DNA of 64,000 nucleotides. Origin: an uncultured Verrucomicrobiota bacterium. GTDB lineage: Bacteria; Verrucomicrobiota; Verrucomicrobiia; Limisphaerales; SXQI01. The stretch covers positions 35,043 through 99,042 of the forward strand of contig CAYZKY010000001.1 in NCBI GenBank assembly GCA_964478815.1, given 5' to 3'. Positions 8,372 through 17,500 of the stretch are shown piece after piece. The stretch's first letter is position 1. Every line of letters begins with the position of its first letter. Below the pieces are notes generated by a model that was not told the DNA's origin, did not search any database, and saw nothing but the letters and a program-made list of their open reading frames with translations. The translations under genes were made by a program, and so were the position numbers.

Positions 8372-9481
8372 GTGCGAGTCATGTGGCGAATTCTGGGATT
8401 ATTGGGGCTATGGCTGGGCGCGAGCGCTTTCGCCGCCACCGGAGTGCGCGTGAAGGACGTGGCCATCGTGGCTGGAGCCCGGGACAATCAATTGGTCGGG
8501 TACGGATTGGTGGTCGGGCTGGCGGGCGATGGGGACAAGAACATGGTCTACACCGTGCAATCCATCGCCAATATGCTGCAACGGTTCGGCGTGACGGTGC
8601 CGGCTTCGACCTTGCAGTCCAAGAATGTGGCAGCCGTGATGGTGACGGCCAGCATTCCGGCCTTCGCCAAGAATGGGGCGCGGATCGATGTGAACGTGTC
8701 GTCTCTGGGGGACGCGAAAACGTTGCAGGGCGGCGTGCTGCTCCAAACGCCGCTGGCCGGCGCGGATGGGCAGGTTTACGCGGTGGCGCAGGGGCCGCTC
8801 TCGGTCGGCGGATTTTCGGCCGGCCAGGGGGGCGGTGGTGGAGCGTCGGTCCAGAAAAATCACCCCACCGTGGCGCAGATCATCAACGGGGCGCTGGTTG
8901 AGAAGGAGATTCCGGCCACGATCGTGCGGGATAACAAGGTGGAGTTGCTCCTGCGCGAGCCCGATTTTACCTCCGCTTTCCGGGCCGCTCAGGCGGTGAA
9001 CCAGATCTTTCCCGGATCGGCCCGCGCGCTGGATTCGAGCACGGTGCGCGTCGCGGTGCCGGCCGGGCTGGCCGCGTCGCCGATCGAGTTCATCGCGCAA
9101 CTGGAGGCCATCGAACTGGTGCCGGACACGGCCGCGCGGATCATCATCAACGAACGAACGGGGACGATCGTGGCGAACTCGCGCATCCGGATTTCCAATT
9201 GCGCGGTGTCGCACGGGAATTTGACGATTAATATCGCCAGCACGCAGGACGTGAGCCAGCCCGCGCCCTTCAGCCAGACGGGAACGACGGCGACGACCGA
9301 GCGGACGGATGTCACGGCGAACGAAGCAAAGGGCTCGCTCGTGCCGATTCCCGAAGCGCCCTCGGTGGAGCGGGTGGCTTCATCCTTGAACGCGCTGGGT
9401 GTGACGCCCAGGGACATGATCGTTATTTTTCAGGCGATGAAACAGGCCGGCGCGCTGCAGGCGGAACTCATCATCCGATGA
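8372..9481 (+). CDS. flgI: Flagellar P-ring protein FlgI
   Basis: 369 aa, signal peptide, RVKDVAIVAGARDNQLVGYGLVVGLAGDGDK...LQAELII. GTG start at 8372, with an alternative ATG at 8381. Confidence 0.92.
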   Translation: MRVMWRILGLLGLWLGASAFAATGVRVKDVAIVAGARDNQLVGYGLVVGLAGDGDKNMVYTVQSIANMLQRFGVTVPASTLQSKNVAAVMVTASIPAFAKNGARIDVNVSSLGDAKTLQGGVLLQTPLAGADGQVYAVAQGPLSVGGFSAGQGGGGGASVQKNHPTVAQIINGALVEKEIPATIVRDNKVELLLREPDFTSAFRAAQAVNQIFPGSARALDSSTVRVAVPAGLAASPIEFIAQLEAIELVPDTAARIIINERTGTIVANSRIRISNCAVSHGNLTINIASTQDVSQPAPFSQTGTTATTERTDVTANEAKGSLVPIPEAPSVERVASSLNALGVTPRDMIVIFQAMKQAGALQAELIIR

Positions 9482-9810
9482 CGACCGCCGGCATAACTTC
9501 GGGAGGGGTGTCGACCACGGCGCTGGAGAATTTCGCCGCCCGGCCGAACGTGCCGGAATCGGAGAAGGTGGCGGGCGTGGCGCGAGAATTCGAAGCGCTG
9601 CTCATGCGGCAGATTCTGACGGAAGCGCGCAAGCCGATGTTCGCCTCCGGCTTGATGCCGAAAGATCAAGGGAAAGGGATTTACGACGATCTGGTCAATT
9701 TCCAGCTCGCCCAGTCCATCAGCTCATCGGGAACGCTGGGCCTGGCGGATCAGCTCGAGAAACAATTAGGGAGACAATTGCAGGCCGGGGCCGTTCCGGC
9801 GAAATCGTGA
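9478..9810 (+). CDS. flgJ: Rod-binding protein (FlgJ N-terminal domain only)
   Basis: 110 aa. EFEALLMRQILTEARKP...DLVNFQLAQSISSSGTLGLADQLEKQL is the rod-binding domain. No glucosaminidase or muramidase domain is attached. Confidence 0.7.
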   Translation: MTTAGITSGGVSTTALENFAARPNVPESEKVAGVAREFEALLMRQILTEARKPMFASGLMPKDQGKGIYDDLVNFQLAQSISSSGTLGLADQLEKQLGRQLQAGAVPAKS

Positions 9811-10304
9811 TGCATAGCGTCGATATTTTGGTGGATTCCCTCCGGCATGAATTGCAGCAGTACGGCGAAGCGCTGGCCTTGCTGGAGGAGCAACAGGAGT
9901 TGATCGTCCAACGGGCGGCCGGCGGCGTGATGAACAGCGTCGCGGCCATCCAGACGCAGGCGCATCAACTGCTCGTGGCGCGGGAACAGCGGGCTTCGCT
10001 GCAGAAGGAACTGGCGCACGAGCTGCGGCTGGCGGAAGACGCAACGCTGGCGGATTTGATCCAGCGCTTGCCGCCGCAGTACCAGCCGCTTGTCCAATCG
10101 CTCCTGGAGGAAAACAACCAGTTGCTCTTCAAGGTGAGGCAGCGCGCGAAGCAGAATCATGTGCTGCTGAACCGGTCTCTGGAACTGATGCAATCGTTGA
10201 TCCGATCGCTGCTGCCGGCCGGGGCCGGAGTGGTTTATACGGCAGGGGGAGATCTCGCCTCGCCGATCTTCGACCGCGAACCGAATTTTCAAGCGATCGG
10301 CTGA
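9807..10304 (+). CDS. flgN: FlgN-like flagellar export chaperone
   Basis: 165 aa, helical, with an FlgN-like pattern (LRHELQQYGEALALLEEQQELIV...). Sits directly upstream of flgK-flgL. ATG at 9810 overlaps the flgJ stop. Confidence 0.55.
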   Translation: MMHSVDILVDSLRHELQQYGEALALLEEQQELIVQRAAGGVMNSVAAIQTQAHQLLVAREQRASLQKELAHELRLAEDATLADLIQRLPPQYQPLVQSLLEENNQLLFKVRQRAKQNHVLLNRSLELMQSLIRSLLPAGAGVVYTAGGDLASPIFDREPNFQAIG

Positions 10305-10307
10305 TTT

Positions 10308-11726
10308 ATGCTGGGTCTTTTCGGTGCGATCAACATGGGAACCCGGGCGCTGCAAAATCAGCAACTGGGGATCGAAGTGACCGGGCATAACCTGGCGAAC
10401 GTCAGCAATCCGGCGTACCGCCGTCAACGCCTGGAATTGACGACCGCGGATACGTTGCCGACCCCGCTGGGGCCGCAGGGTCTGGGGAGCCATGCGGTGG
10501 GCATCACGCAAATGCGGGATGCCTTGCTGGACGCGCGCATTCAGCAGGAGCTGAGCCTTTCCGGGTATCTCGAGGCGCAGCAACAGGCGCTGGAATATGC
10601 CCAATCGAACCTCGGGCAAGAGATCGACCGCACGGCTTCGGCCGCGGGCGCTTCCGGAACATCGTCCGGCCAGTTCGGGCTGGCGGAAGGACTCAGTTCG
10701 TTCTTCAACGCCTTCCAGAGTCTTTCCACCAATCCAACCTCGCCGGCCGAACGGCAGGTGCTGCTGCTGAAAGCCCAGGATCTGGTGGCGGACTTCAACC
10801 AGACCCACGCCCGGCTCGAGGTCATCGAAGCCTCGATGAACGACACCGTGCGGAGCGATCTGAACAAGGTGAATGAATTGCTCACCACGATCGCCCGCTT
10901 GAACGACGACATTCGGAATACCGAGAACTCCACCAACGGCGTCGCCAACGATCTGCGGGATACACGGCAGGCCACCGTCGAGGAGCTGTCGCGGCTGGTG
11001 GATCTCGAGGTCACCGAATCGGCCGAAGGGGCTTGCAACATCGCGATCGGCGGCGTCTCGGTCGTCGAGGACAAGCATGTGCTCGAAACGCTCGAGACCT
11101 ACGATCCCGGCGACGGCCGGCTGTTGGTCCGGGCGGCGAACGGCCCCGGCTTGACCTTGTCGGGCGGACGTCTGCAAGGAACGATCGAGGCGCGCGATGG
11201 CGCCCTGGCCAAGTTGCAAACCTCGATCGACACCCTGGCGGCGAACCTGATCTCCGAAGTCAACAGCCTGCACGCCGGCGGGTATGGGCTCGATGGCGCC
11301 ACGGGCCGCAATTTCTTCGCCGGCACGGACGCCGCCAGCATCGTGCTGGATGCCGCGTTGCAGGACAATCCGGCGGCGATTCAGGCGAGCGGCGTCCTCG
11401 GCGAAGTCGGCGACAACCAGGTAGCGCTCGGCCTGGCCCGGCTGGCGACGGCCCGGCAGGCCGCGCTGGAAAATCAGAGTTTCTCGGAATACTTCGGTTC
11501 GACCACCGCCTCCCTCGGCCAGACGCTCGCCTCGGCGAACGGGCAGGCCGCCACGCAGAAAGTCGTGGAATCGATGCTGCTGCGGCAGCGCGATTCGATC
11601 GTCGGCGTATCGCTGGACGAAGAAATGACCAACATGATGCAGTATCAGCGGGCGTTTCAGGCCTCGGCGAAATTCATCAATACCATCGACGAGCTTTTTG
11701 AAACGGTCCTCTCGCTGAAGCGGTAA
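10308..11726 (+). CDS. flgK: Flagellar hook-associated protein 1 FlgK
   Basis: 472 aa. N-terminal LQNQQLGIEVTGHNLANVSNPAYRRQR and C-terminal VSLDEEMTNMMQYQRAFQASAKFINTIDELFETVLSL. Confidence 0.85.
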   Translation: MLGLFGAINMGTRALQNQQLGIEVTGHNLANVSNPAYRRQRLELTTADTLPTPLGPQGLGSHAVGITQMRDALLDARIQQELSLSGYLEAQQQALEYAQSNLGQEIDRTASAAGASGTSSGQFGLAEGLSSFFNAFQSLSTNPTSPAERQVLLLKAQDLVADFNQTHARLEVIEASMNDTVRSDLNKVNELLTTIARLNDDIRNTENSTNGVANDLRDTRQATVEELSRLVDLEVTESAEGACNIAIGGVSVVEDKHVLETLETYDPGDGRLLVRAANGPGLTLSGGRLQGTIEARDGALAKLQTSIDTLAANLISEVNSLHAGGYGLDGATGRNFFAGTDAASIVLDAALQDNPAAIQASGVLGEVGDNQVALGLARLATARQAALENQSFSEYFGSTTASLGQTLASANGQAATQKVVESMLLRQRDSIVGVSLDEEMTNMMQYQRAFQASAKFINTIDELFETVLSLKR

Positions 11727-11746
11727 CACCCTGAATCCTCGATTTT

Positions 11747-12682
11747 ATGCGCGTCACCTCCCACACCTTCCCCGACAGCCTGATCCAGCAACTGACGCGC
11801 CTGACCATTACGCAGAACCGCCTGCAAACGCAGGCCTCCACCGGCCAGCGCATCCAGCTTCCTTCGGACGATCCGGCCGCGGTGCGGCGCGTGCTCGATT
11901 TGCAGGCCCAGGGAGCTTCGACAAATCAGTACCAACGCAATATTTCGACGCTGGAGGAAATCACCCAGACCGGTTACACGGCCTTGCGGGCCCTGAAGAA
12001 CGTCTCCGACCGCGCCGGCGAAATCGTCATCCTGGCGGACGGCACCAAGTCTCCCGCCGAACTGTCCATCTTCGCGACGGAGATCGATTCGCTGATCGAG
12101 CAGGGAGTGGGGGCGGTGAACGCCAAGTTTCGCGAAGAATATATTTTCGGCGGAAACCGATCCGATCAACCGCCCTTCGAGATCGTCTACGACGCCGGAG
12201 GACGCATTACCGGCGTGAATTATCAGGGCAGTGCCAACACGAACGAGTATGAAATCGGGCCGGACGTTCTGATCGCACCTCACTCTGTCGGCTCGAACAA
12301 CAGCGGTTCCGGCGCGCGGGGACTCGTCACGGATTCTCGCTCCGGCGCGGATCTTTTCAACCACCTGATTGAGTTGCGCGACCACCTGGCGGCAGGCGAC
12401 ACGGCGGCGATTTCCGCGACGGACAAAGCGGCCTTCGCGGACGATGAGGACAACCTTCTCTTTCACATCGGGAACATCGGCGCCGTGCTCGACCGGTTGA
12501 ATGCGGCAGAGGCTTCGGTCCAACAGCGAGGCGAATCGATCGAGCAAAGTATTTCCACGGAAGTGGATGCGGACCTGGCTCAGACTCTGGTGCGGCTGAC
12601 CGAAACGCAAACGGCCTACCAGGCCGCCCTCCAAAGCGGCGCCCGGGTTCTCGGCCAAAGCCTGCTGGATTACCTCCGCTAG
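11747..12682 (+). CDS. flgL: Flagellar hook-associated protein 3 FlgL
   Basis: 311 aa with a flagellin-like N-terminus (MRVTSHTF...LQTQASTGQRIQLPSDDPAAV) and C-terminus (DADLAQTLVRLTETQTAYQAALQSGARVLGQSLLDYL). Confidence 0.8.
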   Translation: MRVTSHTFPDSLIQQLTRLTITQNRLQTQASTGQRIQLPSDDPAAVRRVLDLQAQGASTNQYQRNISTLEEITQTGYTALRALKNVSDRAGEIVILADGTKSPAELSIFATEIDSLIEQGVGAVNAKFREEYIFGGNRSDQPPFEIVYDAGGRITGVNYQGSANTNEYEIGPDVLIAPHSVGSNNSGSGARGLVTDSRSGADLFNHLIELRDHLAAGDTAAISATDKAAFADDEDNLLFHIGNIGAVLDRLNAAEASVQQRGESIEQSISTEVDADLAQTLVRLTETQTAYQAALQSGARVLGQSLLDYLR

Positions 12683-12926
12683 GAGGCCCTCCCCTTACCA
12701 ACTTCCGCAAGCAGATCACGGCGGCCGTCTCGCGCTGTCTTTCGGCATCTTCCGTTCGCTGACCTCCTTAGAACCTTGACGATTTCCCTGCGGGAACGTC
12801 CATGTCCCGGCAAGTCCTGCCTCGCTCTCGAGCCGTCCTATTGAAAGTGCTGCACGCACCGGATTTGGCCTGGCAACGCTCTCTTTAAGGGCGGCGGCGG
12901 CCCTGCGAAAATTGCCCAAAACGGGC

Positions 12927-12942
12927 TGGCACGCCCGTTGCT
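12927..12942 (+). promoter_or_regulatory. Candidate sigma-54 (-24/-12) promoter TGGCACgcccgTTGCT
   Basis: Perfect TGGCAC-N5-TTGC match at the end of the only long (260 nt) intergenic gap in the flagellar cluster. Two caveats apply. It abuts the annotated fliW ATG. It also forms the loop and 3' arm of a 7-bp inverted repeat (AACGGGC/GCCCGTT, 12920-12939). Confidence 0.4.
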
Positions 12943-13413
12943 ATGCCTTGGATCGAGCTTGTTAAAAGCCACATGAGAGTCACGGATAACCTCGTAGCCG
13001 AGCCCTTGGTCAGCCCCGCTGAGCAAGACGCTCAGGAGATTTGCCTGCCCCTGGGTCTGCTCGGGTTCGAGCAAAACACGCGCTATGGACTGTTCGGACG
13101 GGAAGGGGAGGAACCGTTCGTCTGGCTCCAGATGCTGGAAGAGCCCGGACTGTCATTCCTGCTCGTTCCTCCCTTTGATATCATGCCGACCTACCGGCCC
13201 GAACTGCGGCCGGAGGATGTCGGTTTTCTCGGACTGAGCTCACCCGCCGACGCGGTGGTGTGGGCGATCGCCACGGTGCGCGGATCGCGGCGGACAGCCA
13301 ATCTCAAGGGCCCCATCGTGATGAACCGCCGAACGCTCCGGGCCAAACAAATCATCCCGGTCAACGCCGCCAACTACCAAACCGACTACCCGCTCCTGGT
13401 CGCCTCCAACTAA
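12943..13413 (+). CDS. fliW: Flagellar assembly factor FliW (CsrA antagonist)
   Basis: 156 aa. ICLPLGLLGFEQNTRYGLF...FVWLQMLEEPGLSFLLVPPF...ANLKGPIVMNRRTLRAKQII fits the FliW family. Alternative start Met11 at 12973. Confidence 0.85.
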   Translation: MPWIELVKSHMRVTDNLVAEPLVSPAEQDAQEICLPLGLLGFEQNTRYGLFGREGEEPFVWLQMLEEPGLSFLLVPPFDIMPTYRPELRPEDVGFLGLSSPADAVVWAIATVRGSRRTANLKGPIVMNRRTLRAKQIIPVNAANYQTDYPLLVASN

Positions 13414-13421
13414 TTTCAGCC

Positions 13422-13694
13422 ATGCTCGTCCTCACCCGCAAACTCAACGAAAACATCCTGATCGGCGACGACATCGTCGTGAAGGTCCTGAAGATGGGAT
13501 TGGAAAGCATCCGTATCGGCATTCAAGCCCCGTCGGATGTGCCGGTCCATCGGCAGGAGATCTACGAAGAAATTCGCAACAGCAATCAGCAGGCCGTGAC
13601 GGAACACGGCCAGGCTCTCCCGAAAATCAAACAAAAAGCGCGCCGCACGCCGCGGCCGATCACGGAAGAGTCACACCAAAACCCGCAGATATAA
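13422..13694 (+). CDS. csrA: Carbon storage regulator CsrA (flagellar FliW-partnered type, long C-terminal tail)
   Basis: MLVLTRKLNENILIGDDIVVKVLKMGLESIRIGIQAPSDVPVHRQEIYEEI is canonical CsrA. Internal ATG at 13422 of the listed ORF 13260-13694. 90 aa including a roughly 35-aa basic tail. Confidence 0.9.
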   Translation: MLVLTRKLNENILIGDDIVVKVLKMGLESIRIGIQAPSDVPVHRQEIYEEIRNSNQQAVTEHGQALPKIKQKARRTPRPITEESHQNPQI

Positions 13695-13704
13695 CGTTAG
13701 GGAG
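13662..13704 (+). promoter_or_regulatory. Two GGA motifs (ACGGAA, TAGGGAG) in the flagellin leader; candidate CsrA binding sites
   Basis: The second GGA lies within the Shine-Dalgarno-like AGGGAG, 11 nt upstream of the flagellin ATG. The first lies about 37 nt upstream of it. This mirrors the two-site arrangement described for the B. subtilis hag leader. Confidence 0.35.
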
Positions 13705-13714
13705 TAGCTAGTCT

Positions 13715-14518
13715 ATGGTCATCAATACGAACACCCAGGCGCAAGCGGCCGCCTCCAACCTCTCCACCAGCCAAACGATGCTGAGCAAGTCGCTCTCGCG
13801 GCTCAGCTCGGGGCAAAAAATCGTCACGCCGGACGACGACGCCGCCGGCCTCGCCGTGGCCATGCGCCTCGACGCGCAGGTCAAGCGCCTCGACGCGGCG
13901 CGCAACAATGTCGGCAATGCCATTTCCTTTTCGCAGGTGCAGGATGGCTTTCTCATGCGGATCGGCAAAACGCTGGATCGGATGAGCGAGCTGGCCATCC
14001 TCGCGCAGGACGTCACCAAGTCGGACGCCGACCGCGCCCTGTATCAAGAGGAATACGCCCAGCTTTCCTCGTACATCGGCAATGCCGCCGACAAGGATTT
14101 CAACGGCGTGAGCCTGTTTTCCGCGTCCTCGCTCGATGTCACCATCGATTCCGAGGGCAGCACCTTCGCCATGTCCGGAGTCAACCTCGATCTGGCCGGT
14201 TATACGGACGCCCTCGGCGCCAGTATTTCGACCCGTTCCAACGCGATGGGCGCGCTGGAAGATGTGCGCACCGCCATTACTCAATTGGCGAGCGATCGCG
14301 CCCGCATCGGCGCCTACCAGGCCCGCCTCAACGCCACCTCGGCGCAGTTGTCGGTGACGCGCGAGAATCTTTCCTCCGCCAGTTCGCGCATTCAAGACGT
14401 GAACATCGCGGAGGAATCGACCCAGTACGCGCGCTATAACATTCTCGTGCAGTCCGGCACGGCCATGCTGGCGCAGGCCAATCAACTGCCGCAAAGCGTG
14501 CTTCGTCTCTTGCAGTAA
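13715..14518 (+). CDS. fliC: Flagellin (short, D0/D1-only type)
   Basis: 267 aa. MVINTNTQAQAAASNLSTSQTMLSKSLSRLSSGQKI...DDAAGLAV and the C-terminal YARYNILVQSGTAMLAQANQLPQSVLRLLQ are canonical flagellin termini. Confidence 0.9.
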   Translation: MVINTNTQAQAAASNLSTSQTMLSKSLSRLSSGQKIVTPDDDAAGLAVAMRLDAQVKRLDAARNNVGNAISFSQVQDGFLMRIGKTLDRMSELAILAQDVTKSDADRALYQEEYAQLSSYIGNAADKDFNGVSLFSASSLDVTIDSEGSTFAMSGVNLDLAGYTDALGASISTRSNAMGALEDVRTAITQLASDRARIGAYQARLNATSAQLSVTRENLSSASSRIQDVNIAEESTQYARYNILVQSGTAMLAQANQLPQSVLRLLQ

Positions 14519-14531
14519 TCGCCTCCTACCC

Positions 14532-14552
14532 GGCCGGCAATGGACGCCGGCC
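14532..14552 (+). other. GC-rich stem-loop (GGCCGGC-aatggac-GCCGGCC) between flagellin and the giant ORF
   Basis: A 7-bp perfect stem with a 7-nt loop and no following U-tract. It could be a partial terminator or mRNA-stabilising hairpin that uncouples flagellin abundance from the downstream gene. Confidence 0.3.
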
Positions 14553-14561
14553 TCCATCGGA

Positions 14562-17500
14562 ATGACTCCTCCCGCGAATTCTTCCGGCGCCTCGCTCCTC
14601 AGCGACGCGCCGGTTTCACGTCCGGTTCGGCATTTCATCATCTCCGGCACCACGCTCTGGAATCCCGGAGACGATTTTGTCCGGGGTGGCGTCATCCGCG
14701 CGCTGCGAAGCAGTTTTCCGGACGCCTCGCTCAACTTCCACTTCTACAACTTCGCCGAGGATCAATTTCCCAAATCGAAGTTTCGCGGGGTGGGAAACGA
14801 AGTCGGACCGTCCGACCTGGAGCGGATGAAAGGATTCGTCGATGGCATTATCGTCGCTGGTCTATCCGCGGGCCATGAGATCAAGGACCTGTACCGATGG
14901 ATTCTGGAGAGCGGACTTGAGGACCGCGTCTATCTCATCGGCGCGGGTTACGAAAATCCCTACTGCGCGGAGCACCTTGCGCAAGAGCCGGAAGCGGCCA
15001 TTTTCAGGAAGGCTCGGCTCCTTATTGGGCGCACGGAACGGCGGCCGGCCATGTTAGGGGAAGGGTATCGGCACTTGCCCTGCCCGGCCCTGCTGTCGGT
15101 GCCGGAAGTGAAGACCCTCCCGGCAAATCAACGCATCGAACGGACCGGTTTCTCCATTCAACTTCCACATGAAGCCGGGGTCACAAACCAGACGTGCGAC
15201 GCGGCATTCCACCAACTAGCCGTCGAGATTCTGCTTGAGCGAGCCAGGCTCGGGCCGGTGGAGGTGGTGGTTCATCATAAGAGCGAGTATTTCTATTTTG
15301 CGAAGCTCCTGGAGGGCACCGGGATTCCGGTCCGGTATTCGTCATTCGTCGAAGACTTGCACGACATCTACCGCGGCTTCGACCTGGTCGTAACCACTCG
15401 GCTCCACGCCAGTTTATATGCGAACGGTCATGGCATCCCGGGCATTATTATCAACCGCTCCGAACGGCACACGGCTGCGCTCGACCGGTTCGATCATTCT
15501 CGATGTGCCGCGGATCGCCCGAGTTTCGACGCTGAGTTTGCTCGCATCGAGAACCTGGGGTTGAGTCGGATTGCCAAGGAATTGGCAGCGTTCAAAGCCA
15601 ACCTGCTGGGGGAGTATGTGGGATTGATCCGGCCGGCGTTTGCGAAATGCCACCCGCAGCAAGACTCCTCCGCTTACGAATTCGATTCGGAAAAAAAGGA
15701 GCAACGGCTGGTGCGCGCGTTGGTGCGCCCTGGCATGACGGTCTTCGACGTCGGCGCGCATCACGGAAAGTACACCAAGCTGTTCGGCCTGCTGGCTGGG
15801 GATGCCGGACGCGTGTTTGCTTTCGAGCCGACTCCCGAATCGGCTGACCGATTACAATCAATGGTCGATCGCGAGGCCCTGGATAACACCACCCTGACTC
15901 GCGCGGTCGTGCATGAAACGGTTGGGACGGCCAACTTGCACCGGTTTCCCGAACGCTACTCCTCGTGGAATGGACTGGGTCAGCCGTCGATGGAGGATCC
16001 GGAGGATCCGAGCAAACTAGTGGCGCTGGTCGACAGCGTCGAAGTTCCCGCCGTCACGCTTGATGCCTTCTGCGCTGCCCGGCAGATCGATCGGATCGAC
16101 TATCTGAAGCTGGATGTTGAGGGCGCGGAGATCATCGCGTTGCGCGGCGCGGCCGGGCTGTTACGGCGGCAGGCCATCGGTCATTTGCAGTTTGAGGTCT
16201 CGCGCAAGATGCTGGAGGGGTTGGGCACAAAGGCCGGCGAAGTCTTCGCGTATCTGGCCAGCTTCGGCTACGAGTGCCATGCCATCCGCGAGGATGGTTC
16301 GATTGGGGAAGTCTGCGCAGATTCCGACTCGTTTTACGAGAACTACATCGCCTTGCCGGCGAAGAAACCGGCGGATTTGCCGGTTCATTTCTTCACGATC
16401 GTGCTGAACGGCCAGCCGTTTTTGCCCTGGCACATTGGGGTGCTCCGCCAACTGCCGTTCCGGTGGCATTGGCACATTGTGGAAGGAGTCGCCGAGCTGA
16501 ATCATGACACCGGCTGGTCGCGAAAAACTGGCGGACGGATTCCGGAGGCGCAGCACTCTGGCGGCCTAAGCATCGATGGCACGCGCGAGTATCTGGATCA
16601 GTTGCAACGCGCATTTCCCGGGCAAGTCACGATCTATCGCCCGCCGGGTGGGCGGTTCTGGGATGGCAAGCGGGAGATGGTGAACGCACCGCTGCCCCAC
16701 ATCACGGAGCAGGGGCTGCTCTGGCAGATCGACGCCGATGAGTTGTGGACGGTCTCGCAAATCGTGCGGGCACGGCAACTGTTCCTCGCGCATCCGGAGA
16801 AAACGGCGGCGTTCTTCTATTGCCACTTTTTCGTCGGCCCCGACCGCGTCATCACGAGCCGCGACACGTACGGCAACAATTCCGCGTACGAGTGGTTGCG
16901 CGTGTGGCGGTACCGTCCGGGCGATTCCTGGGCGGCGCACGAGCCCCCCCGGCTGATGCGGCCCGTGCCCGGAGGCCAGGCGATCGATGTCTGCGCTCTC
17001 GATCCGCTGCGGCAAGCCGAGACGGAGGCCTGTGGACTCGTATTCCAGCATTTCGCCTATGCCACGCCCGCCCAGGTGCAATTCAAGCAGGATTATTATG
17101 GGTACGCGGGCGCCGTGGAACGGTGGGAGCAACTGCAGCAAGTGACGCAATTCCCGGCGCGACTCGCGGATTATTTCCCCTGGGTGAAGGATGGAGCAAC
17201 AGTTGATCGGTGCGATCGATCCGGCGTAACCCCGCTTTTGCGTTTGGATAATACTTTACTCGGCGACGCTGCGAAATCGCTGGAAATCCCTGAACGAATC
17301 CTGTTCGTCCGAACCGACTCCATCGGGGATGCGGTCTTGGCCGCTTCCATGCTGGAGCCGCTGGCGCGGCAATTTCCGTCCGCGAAAATCGCGGTGCTAT
17401 GTCAGGAGCACGTCGCTCCGCTTTACGCGGCTTGTCCGTTGATCGCGAGCATCATTTGCTTCAAGCGGGCCGAGGTCGAAACTCCAGCCGGGCTCAAACA

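Noticed and set aside
9750-11729. 659-aa minus-strand ORF antisense to flgK. Similar long antisense or alternate-frame ORFs include 282-1775 (+), 1393-2250 (-), 2547-3515 (-), 17397-19532 (-), 20622-22568 (-), 22629-23966 (-), 43092-44498 (-), 55597-56925 (-), 58811-60358 (-) and 60986-63205 (-).
   Set aside because: Their translations are Arg/Gly/Pro/Ala/His-rich with no recognisable motifs. They lie opposite or out of frame to ORFs with clear family signatures. They are typical shadow ORFs of high-GC DNA.
12920-12939. Inverted repeat AACGGGC-tggcac-GCCCGTT as an intrinsic terminator for flgL.
   Set aside because: It lies 240 nt downstream of the flgL stop, has no U-tract, and directly abuts the fliW start. 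It is retained only as a caveat on the sigma-54 promoter call.
13635-13662. Sigma-28-like AAAG-N16-GCCGATCA inside the csrA 3' end, as a possible flagellin promoter.
   Set aside because: Both elements deviate from consensus and the spacing is one nt long. It is not strong enough to annotate and is mentioned only within the FliW-CsrA finding.
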